Origin: Candidatus Methylomirabilia bacterium
GTDB lineage: Bacteria > Methylomirabilota > Methylomirabilia > Rokubacteriales > CSP1-6
NCBI GenBank assembly: GCA_041497895.1
Contig: JBGQHJ010000032.1
Span: 1-37,307 of the forward strand
DNA length: 37,307 nucleotides
Direction: 5' to 3'
Below are positions 1 to 15,028 of this stretch, piece after piece. How positions within the stretch are numbered: position 1 is the stretch's first letter; every line of letters begins with the position of its first letter. The notes beneath the pieces are model-generated. The model saw nothing but the letters and a program-made list of their open reading frames with translations, did not search any database and had not been told where the DNA came from. Position numbers and translations under genes: made by a program.

Positions 1-486
1 GGCCAGCGGCTCGAGATCGTGCTGAACGCCATCGAGTACGGCGGCGGGGCGGACCCCACCGCGCAGCTCATCCAGTCCTCGCTCCGGGACGTGGGCATCG
101 ACGTGAAGATCAAGGCCCAGGCGCGGCCGCCGTGGTACGAGGACAACTACCGCTGCGCCACCCACGGGCCGGTGATGTTCCTGCGCTCGATCGATCCGGA
201 CGGGCTGTGGTCGCTCTTCCACTCGTCCCAGGTGGGCGCCAACTTCAACTGGTCGTGCGTGAAGAACGCCAAGCTCGACGGGCTGCTCGCGGACGGGCGC
301 CGCGAGGCGGACCCGGCCAAGCGGCGCGCGATCTACCTGGCCGCCGAGAAGCTCGCGCTCGACGAGGCGCTCACGGTGCCCCTGGTGGACGAGCTGGCGG
401 TGTGGGCCTTCCGGGCCCCGGTGCAGGGCGTGAAGTACAACTTCAACGCCTACCCGGTGCTGAGCGACGCGACGATCCGCCGCTAG
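1..486 (+). CDS. ABC transporter substrate-binding protein, family 5 (peptide/nickel type), C-terminal part, truncated by window edge
   Basis: Open from position 1. C-terminal pattern 'LDGLLADGRREADPAKRRAIY..AEKLALDEALTVPL' typical of SBP family 5. Followed by two permeases. Confidence 0.85.
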   Translation, partial: GQRLEIVLNAIEYGGGADPTAQLIQSSLRDVGIDVKIKAQARPPWYEDNYRCATHGPVMFLRSIDPDGLWSLFHSSQVGANFNWSCVKNAKLDGLLADGRREADPAKRRAIYLAAEKLALDEALTVPLVDELAVWAFRAPVQGVKYNFNAYPVLSDATIRR

Positions 487-495
487 CTCCGCGGC

Positions 496-1419
496 GTGCT
501 GATCTACGTCGGCCGGCGGATCCTCGCGGTGGTCCCGGTCCTGTTCGGGGTCACGCTGGCCGTCTTCAGCATGCTCTTCCTGGTGCCGGGCGACCCGGTC
601 AAGATCATGCTCGCCGAGTTCGTCACCACTCCCGACCAGATCGCCCAGATGCGGGCCCAGCTCCACCTCGACGAGCCGGTGCTCAAGCAGTACGGCCGCT
701 TCGTGGCCAACGCGCTGCGCGGCGATCTCGGGGTCTCGATCCGGAGCCGGCGGCCGGTGGCGGCCGAGATCACCGAGAACATCGGCAGCACCGGTCAGCT
801 CGCGCTGGCCAGCATGGTGGTCGCGATCGGCCTCGGGGTGCCGCTCGGCCTGCTCGCCGCGCTCGGGCGCAACTCGTGGCTCGACGTGGCCGCGATGGTG
901 GTGGCGCTGCTCGGGGTGGCCATGCCGAGCTTCTGGCTCGGCTTCCTCCTGATCTTCGTCTTCTCCCTGCACCTCGGCTGGCTCCCCGCCACCGGGGGGG
1001 GCGATCTGCTCCACCTCGTCATGCCGGCGGTGGCGCTCGGGATGATCGCGGCCGCGATCATCGCGCGGCTCACCCGCTCGAGCATGCTCGAGGTGCTGGG
1101 CCAGGACTACGTGCGGACCGCCCGGGCCAAGGGCCTCGGGAGTGCGAGCGTGATCGTGCGCCACGCGCTCCGGAACGCCCTGATCCCGGTGGTGACCGTC
1201 TTCGGCCTGCAGTTCGGGAACCTGCTGGCCGGCGCGGTGATCGTGGAGACCGTGTTCAGCCGCCCGGGGCTCGGCCGGCTCATCGTGGGCGGCATCCTGG
1301 CCAAGGACTTCCCGCTGGTGCAGGGGACGGTCCTGTTCGTGGCCGCCGCGTACGTGCTCATCAACGTGGTGGTCGACGTGGCCTACGCCTACGTCGACCC
1401 GCGGATCCGGATCGGATGA
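496..1419 (+). CDS. Peptide/nickel ABC transporter permease (DppB/OppB-like)
   Basis: GDLGxS motif, EAA-type loop 'DYVRTARAKGL', 'HALRNALIP', ends 'DPRIR'. Confidence 0.93.
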   Translation: MLIYVGRRILAVVPVLFGVTLAVFSMLFLVPGDPVKIMLAEFVTTPDQIAQMRAQLHLDEPVLKQYGRFVANALRGDLGVSIRSRRPVAAEITENIGSTGQLALASMVVAIGLGVPLGLLAALGRNSWLDVAAMVVALLGVAMPSFWLGFLLIFVFSLHLGWLPATGGGDLLHLVMPAVALGMIAAAIIARLTRSSMLEVLGQDYVRTARAKGLGSASVIVRHALRNALIPVVTVFGLQFGNLLAGAVIVETVFSRPGLGRLIVGGILAKDFPLVQGTVLFVAAAYVLINVVVDVAYAYVDPRIRIG

Positions 1420-2243
1420 GCGCGGCGGCCGGCCTCGCCCGACACCGCGGCGCGCTGATCGGCCTCGCGATCCTCGCCGCGCTCGCGACCACGGCGGTGG
1501 CGGCGCCGTGGCTCAGCGCGCGCGACCCGATCCGCACCGCGCCCCGCGAGGCCCTCCAGCCGCCGGGGGCGCGCTTCGTGCTCGGGAGCGATCAGTTCGG
1601 GCGCGACGTGGCGAGCCGGGTGCTCCACGGGGCCCGCGTGTCGCTGCTGGTCGGCGTCATCTCGGTCTCGATCGCGGTGGGGCTCGGGGCGCCGCTCGGG
1701 CTGGTATCCGGCTACTACGGCGGCCGGCTCGACGCGCTGATCATGCGGGTGATGGACGTGATGCTCGCCTTCCCCGGCATCCTGCTCGCGCTCGCCATCG
1801 TGAGCGTGCTGAGCCCCGGGCTCGGCAACGTGATGATCGCGGTGGGGCTCTCGGCGGTGCCGGGCTACGCCCGCCTCGTGCGGGCCACCGTGCTCTCCGC
1901 CCGCGAGCACCTCTACGTGGAGGCGGCCCGCGCGCTGGGCGGCCGCGACGGGAGCATCCTGGTGCGCGACATCCTGCCCAACGTGGTGGCCCCGCTCATC
2001 GTCACCGCCACGCTCGGGCTTGGCGGCGCGATCCTCTCCGCGGCCGCGCTCAGCTTTCTCGGGCTGGGCAGCCAGCCGCCCCAGCCCGAGTGGGGCCGCA
2101 TGCTGAGCGAGGGGCGCGACTACCTCCGCGAGGCGTGGTGGATCTCGACGTTCCCCGGCCTCGGCATCCTGTTCACGGTGCTGGCCATGAACCTCGTCGG
2201 CGACGGGCTGCGCGACGTCCTCGATCCGAGGCTCAAGACGTGA
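1416..2243 (+). CDS. Peptide/nickel ABC transporter permease (DppC/OppC-like)
   Basis: ATG at 1416 overlaps the previous stop (ATGA). 'LGSDQFGRDV', 'YVEAARALG', 'PEWGRML', 'GDGLRDVLDPR'. Confidence 0.93.
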   Translation: MSAAAGLARHRGALIGLAILAALATTAVAAPWLSARDPIRTAPREALQPPGARFVLGSDQFGRDVASRVLHGARVSLLVGVISVSIAVGLGAPLGLVSGYYGGRLDALIMRVMDVMLAFPGILLALAIVSVLSPGLGNVMIAVGLSAVPGYARLVRATVLSAREHLYVEAARALGGRDGSILVRDILPNVVAPLIVTATLGLGGAILSAAALSFLGLGSQPPQPEWGRMLSEGRDYLREAWWISTFPGLGILFTVLAMNLVGDGLRDVLDPRLKT

Positions 2244-2268
2244 GCGGCGTGGTAGACTCGGCTCCGCC

Positions 2269-3018
2269 ATGGACCTCAAGGATCGCGTCGGGCTGGTGGC
2301 CGGCGGCACCGGAACGCTCGGAATCGCGATCGCGCGGGCGCTCGCCACCTCGGGAGCGCACGTCGGTATCACGTACCTGGAGCGCAAGGACGCCGCGCGC
2401 GAGACGTGCGCCGCGGTGGAGGCGCTCGGAAGGAAGGCCTGGAGCATCGCGCTCGATCAGACGGACGCGACCGCCATCCCGGGCGCGGTCAAGGCGGCGG
2501 CGAGCCACTTCGGCCGGCTGGACGCGCTCGTCAACAACGCGGGATGGAACATCGCGATCCCGTTCCCCGATCTCGAGGCCCTCGACCCCGCCACCTGGGA
2601 CCGGCTCTTCGCCACCAACCTGCGCGGTCCGTATCTGATCTGCCGGGCGGCCGCGCCCTACCTCAAGGCCAGCGGCACCGGCCGCATCGTGAACATTGCC
2701 TCGGTGGCCGGCTTGAATCCGGGCGGCAGCAGCATCGGCTACGCGACGAGCAAGGCCGGGCTGATTCACCTCACGCGATGCCTGGCGGTGGCGCTGGCGC
2801 CGGAGGTCAGCGTGAACTGCGTGGCCCCGGGCCTCATGGAAGGCACGCGGATGACCTCGCGGCTACGGCCCGAGACCGCCGACGGCGCGCGTCAGCGCGC
2901 CGTTCTCAAGCGGGCCGCGCGCGTCGAGGACGTGGCGGATCAGGTGGTCGCGTTCTGCCGGTCGGACAGCGTCACCGGCCAGGTGCTCAACATCGACGCG
3001 GGGGTGTTCTTCCACTAA
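2269..3018 (+). CDS. Short-chain dehydrogenase/reductase (SDR)
   Basis: GxxxGxG-like 'AGGTGTLG', NNAG, catalytic YxxxK (YATSK), 'VNCVAPG'. Confidence 0.93.
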   Translation: MDLKDRVGLVAGGTGTLGIAIARALATSGAHVGITYLERKDAARETCAAVEALGRKAWSIALDQTDATAIPGAVKAAASHFGRLDALVNNAGWNIAIPFPDLEALDPATWDRLFATNLRGPYLICRAAAPYLKASGTGRIVNIASVAGLNPGGSSIGYATSKAGLIHLTRCLAVALAPEVSVNCVAPGLMEGTRMTSRLRPETADGARQRAVLKRAARVEDVADQVVAFCRSDSVTGQVLNIDAGVFFH

Positions 3019-3076
3019 GCTCTTCATCTGCGGGGGCCCCGACATGGCCCCCGCACTCCCCCAGCGGCGGGCAACC
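3019..3076. repeat. Intergenic palindromic (REP-like) element, copy 1
   Basis: gctcttcatc-tgcgggggcc-N7-ggcccccgca-ctcccc...ggcgggcaacc with a 10-bp perfect stem. Near-identical copy at 10452. Lies between convergent genes. Confidence 0.85.
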
Positions 3077-3078
3077 GG

Positions 3079-4755
<1,677 letters not shown>

Positions 4756-4762
4756 GGCCCTG

Positions 4763-4857
4763 ATCGTAACATCGACCCGCCCCCGGACGGCGGCCCCCGG
4801 GAGCCCCGAACCCGGCCCGCGGGGAGGGCGGGGTGGGGGGGTCGGTCGGAGTACAAT
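4763..4857. promoter_or_regulatory. Divergent glnS/gltX promoter region with -10-like boxes close to both start codons
   Basis: Minus strand TGtTACGAT 7 nt before the glnS ATG. Plus strand TACAAT (4852-4857) 9 nt before the gltX ATG. No SD before either. Confidence 0.55.
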
Positions 4858-4866
4858 AGTTTCTCT

Positions 4867-6288
4867 ATGCCCGAGCCGGTCCGCGTTCGTTTTCCTCCCA
4901 GCCCTACCGGGCATCTGCACGTGGGCGGCGCCCGCACCGCGCTGTTCAACTGGCTCTTCGCCCGCCACCACCATGGGGCCTACGTCCTTCGAATAGAAGA
5001 TACCGATCTCTCGCGCTCCACCGAGGAGTACACCCGGTCGCTGCTCGAGGCACTGCGCTGGCTCGGCCTCGACTGGGACGAGGGTCCGCCCACTCCCGGT
5101 TATCGCCAGACCGAGCGGTTCGACGTCTACCGCGCGCACGCCCTGCGCCTGCTCGCCGAGGGCAAGGCGTACCGCTGCCGCTGCACGCCGGAGACGCTCG
5201 AGACGCTGCGGAAGGCCGCGGAGGCGCGGAAGGAGACCTTTCGCTACCCGGGCACCTGCCGCGGGGCCAACGTGCCGGCCTCCGAGCCGCACGCGCTGCG
5301 CCTGGCGATCCCGCGCGAGGGTGAGACGGTGGTCGACGACGTGGTCCGGGGCCGGGTGGCGTTCAGCCACGGCGAGCTCGACGACTGGATCCTGGTGCGG
5401 ACCGACGGCACGCCGACCTACAACTTCTGCGTCGTGGTCGACGACGTGACCATGAAGATCAGCCACGTCATCCGCGGGAACGACCACCTCTCCAACACCC
5501 CGAAGCAGGTGCTCTGCTACCAGGCGCTCGGCTACCCGCTGCCGGTCTTCGCCCACATCCCGATGATCCTGGCCGCCGACAAGACGCGGCTCTCCAAGCG
5601 GCACGGCGCCACCTCGGTGCTCGCGTTCCGGGACATGGGGATCCTCCCCGAGGCCATGGTGAACTACCTGGCGCGGCTCGGGTGGTCGCACGGCGACCAG
5701 GAGATCTTCACGCGGGACGAGATGGTCGAGCACTTCGATCTGGCCCACGTGGGCTCGGCCGACGCGGTCTTCGACCTCGAGAAGTTCAAGTGGGTGAACC
5801 ACCAGTGGATCATGCGGCTGCCCGCCGAGCGCCTGGCGCGGGAGCTCGCGCCCTTCCTCGACCGGGCCGGGCTGCCCGCCCCGCGCGACCTCGCCTGGCT
5901 CGGCCGGGTGGTGGAGACGCTGCGGGAGCGGGCGCGCACCCTCGTCGAGATGGCCGAGCAGGCCGCCTTCTACCTGAAGGCGCCCGAGGCGTACGACCCG
6001 CAGGCCACCGCCAAGTTCTGGAAGGACCACGCCCCCGAGCGCTACGCGCTGCTCATCAAGCGGCTGGAGGCCCAGGAGGCGATGGACCCGGAGGCGCTCG
6101 AGGGCCTCTACCGCTTCCTCGCCGCCGACCTGGGCCTCAAGCTGGTGGACCTGGCCCAGGTCACCCGCATCGCGCTGACCGGCAAGACCGCGAGCCCTCC
6201 GATCTTCGAGGTGGTGAGCATCCTGGGCAAGACCGAGACCCTGGCGCGGCTCAAGACCGCGGCGGCCGCGGTGGGTGCGGCCCGGTGA
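4867..6288 (+). CDS. gltX: Glutamate--tRNA ligase
   Basis: [41 protein letters not shown]. Start at ATG 4867. Confidence 0.96.
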   Translation: MPEPVRVRFPPSPTGHLHVGGARTALFNWLFARHHHGAYVLRIEDTDLSRSTEEYTRSLLEALRWLGLDWDEGPPTPGYRQTERFDVYRAHALRLLAEGKAYRCRCTPETLETLRKAAEARKETFRYPGTCRGANVPASEPHALRLAIPREGETVVDDVVRGRVAFSHGELDDWILVRTDGTPTYNFCVVVDDVTMKISHVIRGNDHLSNTPKQVLCYQALGYPLPVFAHIPMILAADKTRLSKRHGATSVLAFRDMGILPEAMVNYLARLGWSHGDQEIFTRDEMVEHFDLAHVGSADAVFDLEKFKWVNHQWIMRLPAERLARELAPFLDRAGLPAPRDLAWLGRVVETLRERARTLVEMAEQAAFYLKAPEAYDPQATAKFWKDHAPERYALLIKRLEAQEAMDPEALEGLYRFLAADLGLKLVDLAQVTRIALTGKTASPPIFEVVSILGKTETLARLKTAAAAVGAAR

Positions 6289-6917
6289 GGCGGCTCCTCC
6301 TCGCGCGCCACGGGCAGTCGCTGTCCAACGCGGTTCGCCGCTTCCAGGGCGCCCAGGACGTGGCCCTCTCGCCGCTCGGCGTCCGGCAGGCGGAGGCCCT
6401 GGCCCTGGCCGTCGAGCGGCGCCGGGTCGCCCACGTCTACGCGAGCCCGCTCGAGCGCGCCCGGCGCACCGCCGAGATCGCGGTGGCGGCATCCGGGGTG
6501 GCGCTCACGCTGCTGGACGACCTGCGCGAGCTGTCGCTGGGCGACTGGGAGGGCTGCACGGTGGAGGAGATCCGCACGCGGCCCGGCGATCCCTACGCCC
6601 AGTGGGTCCGCGACCCGGTGCTCTGCCTGCCCCCGGGTGGCGAGCCGCTCGCGGAGGTGCAGGCGCGCGTCCTCCGGGCGGTCGACGCGATCGCGGCCGC
6701 GCACCCCGACGGCGAGGACGTGCTGATCGTCGCCCACGGCGGGGTGATCAGCGCGCTGCTCGCGCACTGGCTCGGCCTGCCGCTCTCCTCGATCTGGCGG
6801 CTCGCGGTGGCCAACTGCTCGCTCTCCGAGGTCGCCCCGCCGCGGGTGGTGTCGGTGAACGAGACCGGCCACCTGCGCGACGTGGACGTGGCGATCACCG
6901 CGCCGCTCGCGCCCTGA
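6285..6917 (+). CDS. Histidine phosphatase family protein (phosphoglycerate mutase/CobC-like)
   Basis: GTG overlaps the gltX stop. RHG motif (LARHGQS), '[10 protein letters not shown]', 'VAHGGVI'. Confidence 0.9.
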   Translation: MRRLLLARHGQSLSNAVRRFQGAQDVALSPLGVRQAEALALAVERRRVAHVYASPLERARRTAEIAVAASGVALTLLDDLRELSLGDWEGCTVEEIRTRPGDPYAQWVRDPVLCLPPGGEPLAEVQARVLRAVDAIAAAHPDGEDVLIVAHGGVISALLAHWLGLPLSSIWRLAVANCSLSEVAPPRVVSVNETGHLRDVDVAITAPLAP

Positions 6918-6918
6918 C

Positions 6919-10370
<3,452 letters not shown>

Positions 10371-10378
10371 GATGCTTA

Positions 10379-10413
10379 CCCTCTCCCCGGAGGGGAGAGG
10401 GCAGGGTGAGGGG
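10379..10413. repeat. Second type of intergenic palindrome (ccctctcccc-gga-ggggagaggg-cagggtgagggg)
   Basis: 10-bp perfect stem 10379-10401 right after the glnB stop. The G-rich arm resembles 4821-4841. Confidence 0.65.
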
Positions 10414-10451
10414 CCTCGGTTCCTGGGCAGTCAACCGTCTAGGTCTGTGAG

Positions 10452-10560
10452 GCTCTTCATCTGCGGGGGCCCAGAAATGGCCCCCGCACTCCCCCGGCCG
10501 GCGGGCAACCCGCTTCCCCGGCCGGCGGGCTACCCCTGTCTTCCGGCCGCGGACAACCCG
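10452..10560. repeat. REP-like element copy 2 followed by about three degenerate ~24-nt tandem units
   Basis: Same hairpin as at 3019, then ccccggccggcgggcaacccg / ccccggccggcgggctacccc / ttccggccgcggacaacccg. Confidence 0.8.
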
Positions 10561-13500
10561 TGACGGATCTGCTCGCGGCGGCACCAGGCAATCGGCGGGC
10601 CCTGCGCGAGCTCGAGCGGGTGGGCTTCGCCGATCCGGCGGCGGCGCTGCGCAACCTGCACGCGCTGACGCCGACTCCGCACGAAGCCGAGCTCCTGGCT
10701 CCCGCGCTGTCCCGGCTGCTCGCCGAGCTGGCCGCCGCGCCCGACCCGGACATGGCGCTCAACAACCTGGAGCGCCTGGCCTCCCAGGGCGACCGCGTCG
10801 CCTTCCTCCGGCTCGTGACCGCCCATCCGGGCGCCATCCCGCTGCTGGCCCGTCTCGGCGGGACGAGCCAGTTCCTGGCCGACACCCTCCGGCGCTATCC
10901 CACGCTGCTGCCCTGGCTGCTCGAGGCGCGCACCATGCGCCAGTGGCTGCCCGACGAGCTGGCCGCGGACCTGGCCGCGAGCCTCGTGGCCTTCGACCGC
11001 CCGGAGGCGCGGTGGAACGCCCTGCGGCGCTTCAAGTACCGCCAGCTCCTGCGCGTCGGCTGCCGCGACATCCTGGGCGACGCCGACCTCACCGTCACCA
11101 CCGAGGAGCTCTCCTACCTCGCGGACGCCTGCCTCGCCGCGGCCTGGGAGTGGACGCGCGAGCGGCTCGTGCGACTGCACGGGGAGCCGATCGGCGCCGA
11201 CGGCACGCCCACCGGGCTCGCGGTCATCGGCATGGGCAAGCTGGGGGGGCTCGAGCTCAACTATTCCTCGGACATCGATCCGATCTTCGTCTACGGCGAG
11301 GACGGCGAGACCGCGGGCGGCGAATCGGGCCGCATCGCCAACGGGGAGTTCTTCGCCCGGGCGGTGCGCGGCATCCTGGAGACGCTCGAGACGGTCACCG
11401 AGGAGGGGCACGTCTTCCGCGTGGACCTGCGCCTGCGTCCGGAGGGCCGCTCGGGGGCGCTGATCCTCTCGGTCGACGGCTACCGCCGGTACTTCGCCGA
11501 TCGCGCCGAGCTGTGGGAGCGCCAGGCCCTGATCAAGGCGCGCGCGTGCGCGGGCGACCCCGCAGTGGCGGCCCGCTTCTTCGAGGCGGTGCGCCCGTTC
11601 GTCTATCGGCCCGGGCTCGACCCGGCCATCGTGGGCCACGTGCGCGGGATGAAGGCCCAGATCGACCGCTCGCTGCGCGGCAAGGACGCCTCACGCCGCA
11701 ACGTCAAGCTCGGGCGCGGCGGCATCCGCGAGGTCGAGTTCCTGGTGCAGGCGCTCCAGCTCCTCTACGGTGGCGACGATCCCTGGCTGCGGGAGCGGAA
11801 CAGCCTGCGGGCCATCTTCCGCCTGACCGAGCGGGGCTACCTGCCCCCCGCGCTCGGGCGCGAGCTGGGTCTCGCGCTGGTCCATCTTCGGACCGTCGAG
11901 CACCGCCTCCAGATCGTGCACGAGTTCCAGACGCACACCCTGCCGGAGGAGCCGGCGGCCCTGGGCCTCCTGGCCCGTCGCATGGGCGTGAGCCTGCCTC
12001 CCGTGGCGGCGGCCCGCCGCTTCCTCGCCCGACACCGGCGCGTCACCACCCTGGTGCACCGGGCCTTCCGCGAGTTCTTCGCGGCGCCGCCCGCGGCGGC
12101 CGCGGTGCCGGTGCGCATCCCGAGCTACACCGCGCTCAAGGCCACCGGCTTCACGGATCCGGACCGTGCGCGCCAGAACCTCCGCCGCGTCCTGGAGGGG
12201 CGCCCGCTCGTCCCGTACCCGGCCGCGGCCGGCCGCGCGCTCGCCCGGCTCTTCCCGGTGCTGCTCGACGCGCTCTGGCAGAGCCCGGATCCGGACGAGG
12301 CGCTCGGCCAGCTCGAGCGCTTCGTCTCGGCGGCGGGCCCGCGCACCGCGTACCTGGATCTCCTCGCCGACCGGCCCGAGCTGCTCACCAACCTGGTGAG
12401 GCTGTGCGCGCGCGGGGAGCTGCTCACCGAGCTCCTGGTGAGCCAGCCCGAGCTGCTCAACGGGCTCGCGAGCCCGGAAACCTTCGCGGCCCACAAGGGC
12501 AAGCATCAGCTCCGGGCCGAGCTGGCCCCGGTGCTCGCGGCGCGGCTCGAGCCCGGCGAGCGGCGCGACCGCCTGCGGCGACTCAAGCAGGCGCAGGAGC
12601 TCGGCATCATCTGGCGCATGCTGCTCGGCGTGACCGACGCCGAGCGCTTCTCGCTCGAGATGACCGCGCTGGGCGAGGCCGCGCTCGCGGTGGCGTGGAC
12701 GCTGGCCCTCGACGAGACCGCGGCGCATCTGGGTGTGCCGCGCGACGCGCGGGGGCGCCTGGTCCCCGCCGCGATCATCGGCCTCGGCAAGTTCGGCGGG
12801 CGCGAGCTCACCACCGGCTCCGACCTGGATCTCTTCGTCGTGTACGGCGGCGACGGCACGACCGACGGGCCGGAGCCGGTCGAGGCTCACGTCTTCTACG
12901 ACCGGGCGGTGGAGGCCCTGAGCGGACTGCTCGGCGACATCACCGCCGCCGGCGTGGCCTTCGCGGTGGACCTGCGCCTGCGGCCGGGTTCGAAGGGCAG
13001 CGGCTTCGCCTCGGCCGTCGACGTGATCGAGCGCTACTACCGCGAGTGGGCCGACCCGTGGGAGCGCCAGACCCTCACGCGCGCCCGGCTGGTGGGCGGC
13101 GATCCGTGGCTCGGGGGGCTGGTGCGGCGCCGCATCCGCGGCCTGCTCTACGGGCCGGAGGCCCTGCCCCCCGACCTGAAGGAGATCCGCGAGCTGCGCG
13201 CGCGGATGGAGCGCGAGCTCGGCAAGGAGACGCCGGGGCGCCTGCACGTGAAGTTCGGCCGGGGCGGGCTGGTGGACGTGGAGTTCATCACCCAGGCCCT
13301 GCAGATGCAGCACGGGGCTCGCCACCCCGCGGTCCGCCGGGCCAACACCCTCGCCGCCATCCGCGGGATCGCGGCGGCCGGGCTCCTGCCGTCGGCCGAC
13401 TGCGACACGTTGGCCGAGCAGTATCGCTTCCTGCGGCGCGTCTCGCTCGGCCTCCGACTCTTCGGCACCCGGCCGTCCGACACCCTGGAGGTCGCGGGCC

Positions 13501-13619
13501 CGAACCCGGCGCGGCTCGCCAAGACGCTCGACTATCCCTCGCGCAAGGACTTCCTCGAGGACTACCGCCGCCGGGTCACGTGGGTCCGCGCGCTCTACGA
13601 CCGCGTCGTGCCGCGGTGA
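10560..13619 (+). CDS. glnE: Bifunctional glutamine synthetase adenylyltransferase/adenylyl-removing enzyme
   Basis: Two nucleotidyltransferase domains (GMGKLGGLELNYSSDID, GLGKFGGRELTTGSDLD), two DLRLRP and WERQ motifs, KLGRGGIREVEF. Confidence 0.95.
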   Translation: MTDLLAAAPGNRRALRELERVGFADPAAALRNLHALTPTPHEAELLAPALSRLLAELAAAPDPDMALNNLERLASQGDRVAFLRLVTAHPGAIPLLARLGGTSQFLADTLRRYPTLLPWLLEARTMRQWLPDELAADLAASLVAFDRPEARWNALRRFKYRQLLRVGCRDILGDADLTVTTEELSYLADACLAAAWEWTRERLVRLHGEPIGADGTPTGLAVIGMGKLGGLELNYSSDIDPIFVYGEDGETAGGESGRIANGEFFARAVRGILETLETVTEEGHVFRVDLRLRPEGRSGALILSVDGYRRYFADRAELWERQALIKARACAGDPAVAARFFEAVRPFVYRPGLDPAIVGHVRGMKAQIDRSLRGKDASRRNVKLGRGGIREVEFLVQALQLLYGGDDPWLRERNSLRAIFRLTERGYLPPALGRELGLALVHLRTVEHRLQIVHEFQTHTLPEEPAALGLLARRMGVSLPPVAAARRFLARHRRVTTLVHRAFREFFAAPPAAAAVPVRIPSYTALKATGFTDPDRARQNLRRVLEGRPLVPYPAAAGRALARLFPVLLDALWQSPDPDEALGQLERFVSAAGPRTAYLDLLADRPELLTNLVRLCARGELLTELLVSQPELLNGLASPETFAAHKGKHQLRAELAPVLAARLEPGERRDRLRRLKQAQELGIIWRMLLGVTDAERFSLEMTALGEAALAVAWTLALDETAAHLGVPRDARGRLVPAAIIGLGKFGGRELTTGSDLDLFVVYGGDGTTDGPEPVEAHVFYDRAVEALSGLLGDITAAGVAFAVDLRLRPGSKGSGFASAVDVIERYYREWADPWERQTLTRARLVGGDPWLGGLVRRRIRGLLYGPEALPPDLKEIRELRARMERELGKETPGRLHVKFGRGGLVDVEFITQALQMQHGARHPAVRRANTLAAIRGIAAAGLLPSADCDTLAEQYRFLRRVSLGLRLFGTRPSDTLEVAGPNPARLAKTLDYPSRKDFLEDYRRRVTWVRALYDRVVPR

Positions 13620-13620
13620 C

Positions 13621-13637
13621 GGGCGGCCGCGCCGCCC
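13621..13637. terminator. Short GC hairpin between convergent glnE and murA
   Basis: gggcggc-cgc-gccgccc, 7-bp stem, no U-tract. Confidence 0.3.
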
Positions 13638-13641
13638 CGGC

Positions 13642-14934
13642 TCAGGCCTTCGCGTCCCGCGTGATGTGCGCGCCGAGCGCGCGCAGGCGCTCGTCGATGC
13701 GCTGGTAGCCGCGGTCCACCTGGTGCGCGTTCATGATGACCGACGTCCCGCGGGCGCAGAGCGCGGCGCCGATGAGGGCCATGCCGGCCCGGATGTCGGG
13801 GGAGACGATCGGGGCGCCGCGCAGCTCGGCGGGGCCGACCACCACCGCCCGGTGGGGATCGCACAGGACGATCCGCGCACCCATCGCGATCAGGCTGTCC
13901 ACGAAGAACAACCGGCTCTCGAACAGCTTCTCGTGGATCAGGACGGTCCCGCGGCTCTGGGTGGCCAGCACCAGCGCGAGCGAGGTCAGGTCGGCCGGGA
14001 AGCCCGGCCACGGCGCGTCGTCCACCTTGGGGATGGCGCCGTCGGCGTCGGCGGCCACCCGCAGCTCCTGCGGCCCGGGGACGACCAGCGTCGTCCCCTC
14101 GAGCGCGGTCTCCACGCCCAGCCGGCGGTAGGCGAGCCGGATCATCCGCAGGTCGTCGGGCACCACGTCGCGGATGCGCAGCTCGCCGCCGGTCATGGCG
14201 GCCAGCGCCACGAAGGAGCCGATCTCGATGTGATCGGGGCCGAGGCGGTGACGGCCGGGGTGAAGATCGCGTACCCCCTCGATGCGCAGCTGGTTGGTGC
14301 CGATGCCGCCGATGCGCGCGCCGAGCGCGTTGAGGAAGCGGCACAGGCCCTGGACGTGGGGCTCGCTGGCCGCGTTCAGGATCACGGTCGTCCCCTCCGC
14401 GAGCACCGCGGCCATCACCGTGTTCTCGGTGGCGGTCACGCTCATCTCGTCGAGGAAGACCTCGGCGCCCCGGAAGCGACCGTCGAGCGTGAGGCGCAGC
14501 GCGGGTCCCGCCTCGATCCGGGCGCCGAGCTCGCCGAGCGCGAGCAGGTGCGTGTCGACGCGCCGCCTTCCGATCCGATCGCCGCCCGGAGTGGGCAGGG
14601 CCGCTCGGCCCGTCCTCGCGAGGAGGCCGGGCGCCAGCAGCACCGAGCCGCGGAGCTGCGACATCACGGCCGGATCGGGATCGCGGGTCTCGAGGCGGCT
14701 CGCGTCGAGGCGCACCGTGCCCCCGTCCTCGATGGTGACCTGCACGCCCAGGTGGCGGAGCCCTTCCAGCAGGGCGGTCACGTCCCGGATGCGGGGGACG
14801 TTGTCGACGACCACCTCGCCCCGCGCGAGCAGGCAGGCCGCGAGCACGGGCAGGGCCTCGTTCTTGTTGCCGGCCGGCGCGACGGTCCCGCGCAGGGGAT
14901 GGCCGCCCTCCACCACGAACCGGTCTCCGGTCAC
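13642..14934 (-). CDS. murA: UDP-N-acetylglucosamine 1-carboxyvinyltransferase
   Basis: [48 protein letters not shown] start at 14934 after GAGG SD (ATG near 14958 also possible). Confidence 0.95.
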   Translation of the reverse strand: MTGDRFVVEGGHPLRGTVAPAGNKNEALPVLAACLLARGEVVVDNVPRIRDVTALLEGLRHLGVQVTIEDGGTVRLDASRLETRDPDPAVMSQLRGSVLLAPGLLARTGRAALPTPGGDRIGRRRVDTHLLALGELGARIEAGPALRLTLDGRFRGAEVFLDEMSVTATENTVMAAVLAEGTTVILNAASEPHVQGLCRFLNALGARIGGIGTNQLRIEGVRDLHPGRHRLGPDHIEIGSFVALAAMTGGELRIRDVVPDDLRMIRLAYRRLGVETALEGTTLVVPGPQELRVAADADGAIPKVDDAPWPGFPADLTSLALVLATQSRGTVLIHEKLFESRLFFVDSLIAMGARIVLCDPHRAVVVGPAELRGAPIVSPDIRAGMALIGAALCARGTSVIMNAHQVDRGYQRIDERLRALGAHITRDAKA

Positions 14935-15028
14935 GCCAGCGTCCTCACCGCGGACCATCATAACCGACCCGATTTTTTCGGGGACGGGCCCGGGCGGCGT
15001 CGCCGCGGCCGGTGTATCATCTGCCCGC

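Noticed and set aside
10492..10560. Tandem ~24-nt units as a mini CRISPR array
   Set aside because: The units are degenerate and abutting, with no unique spacers and no cas genes.
10372..10563. 63-aa ORF between glnB and glnE
   Set aside because: Made almost entirely of palindromic and tandem repeat DNA.
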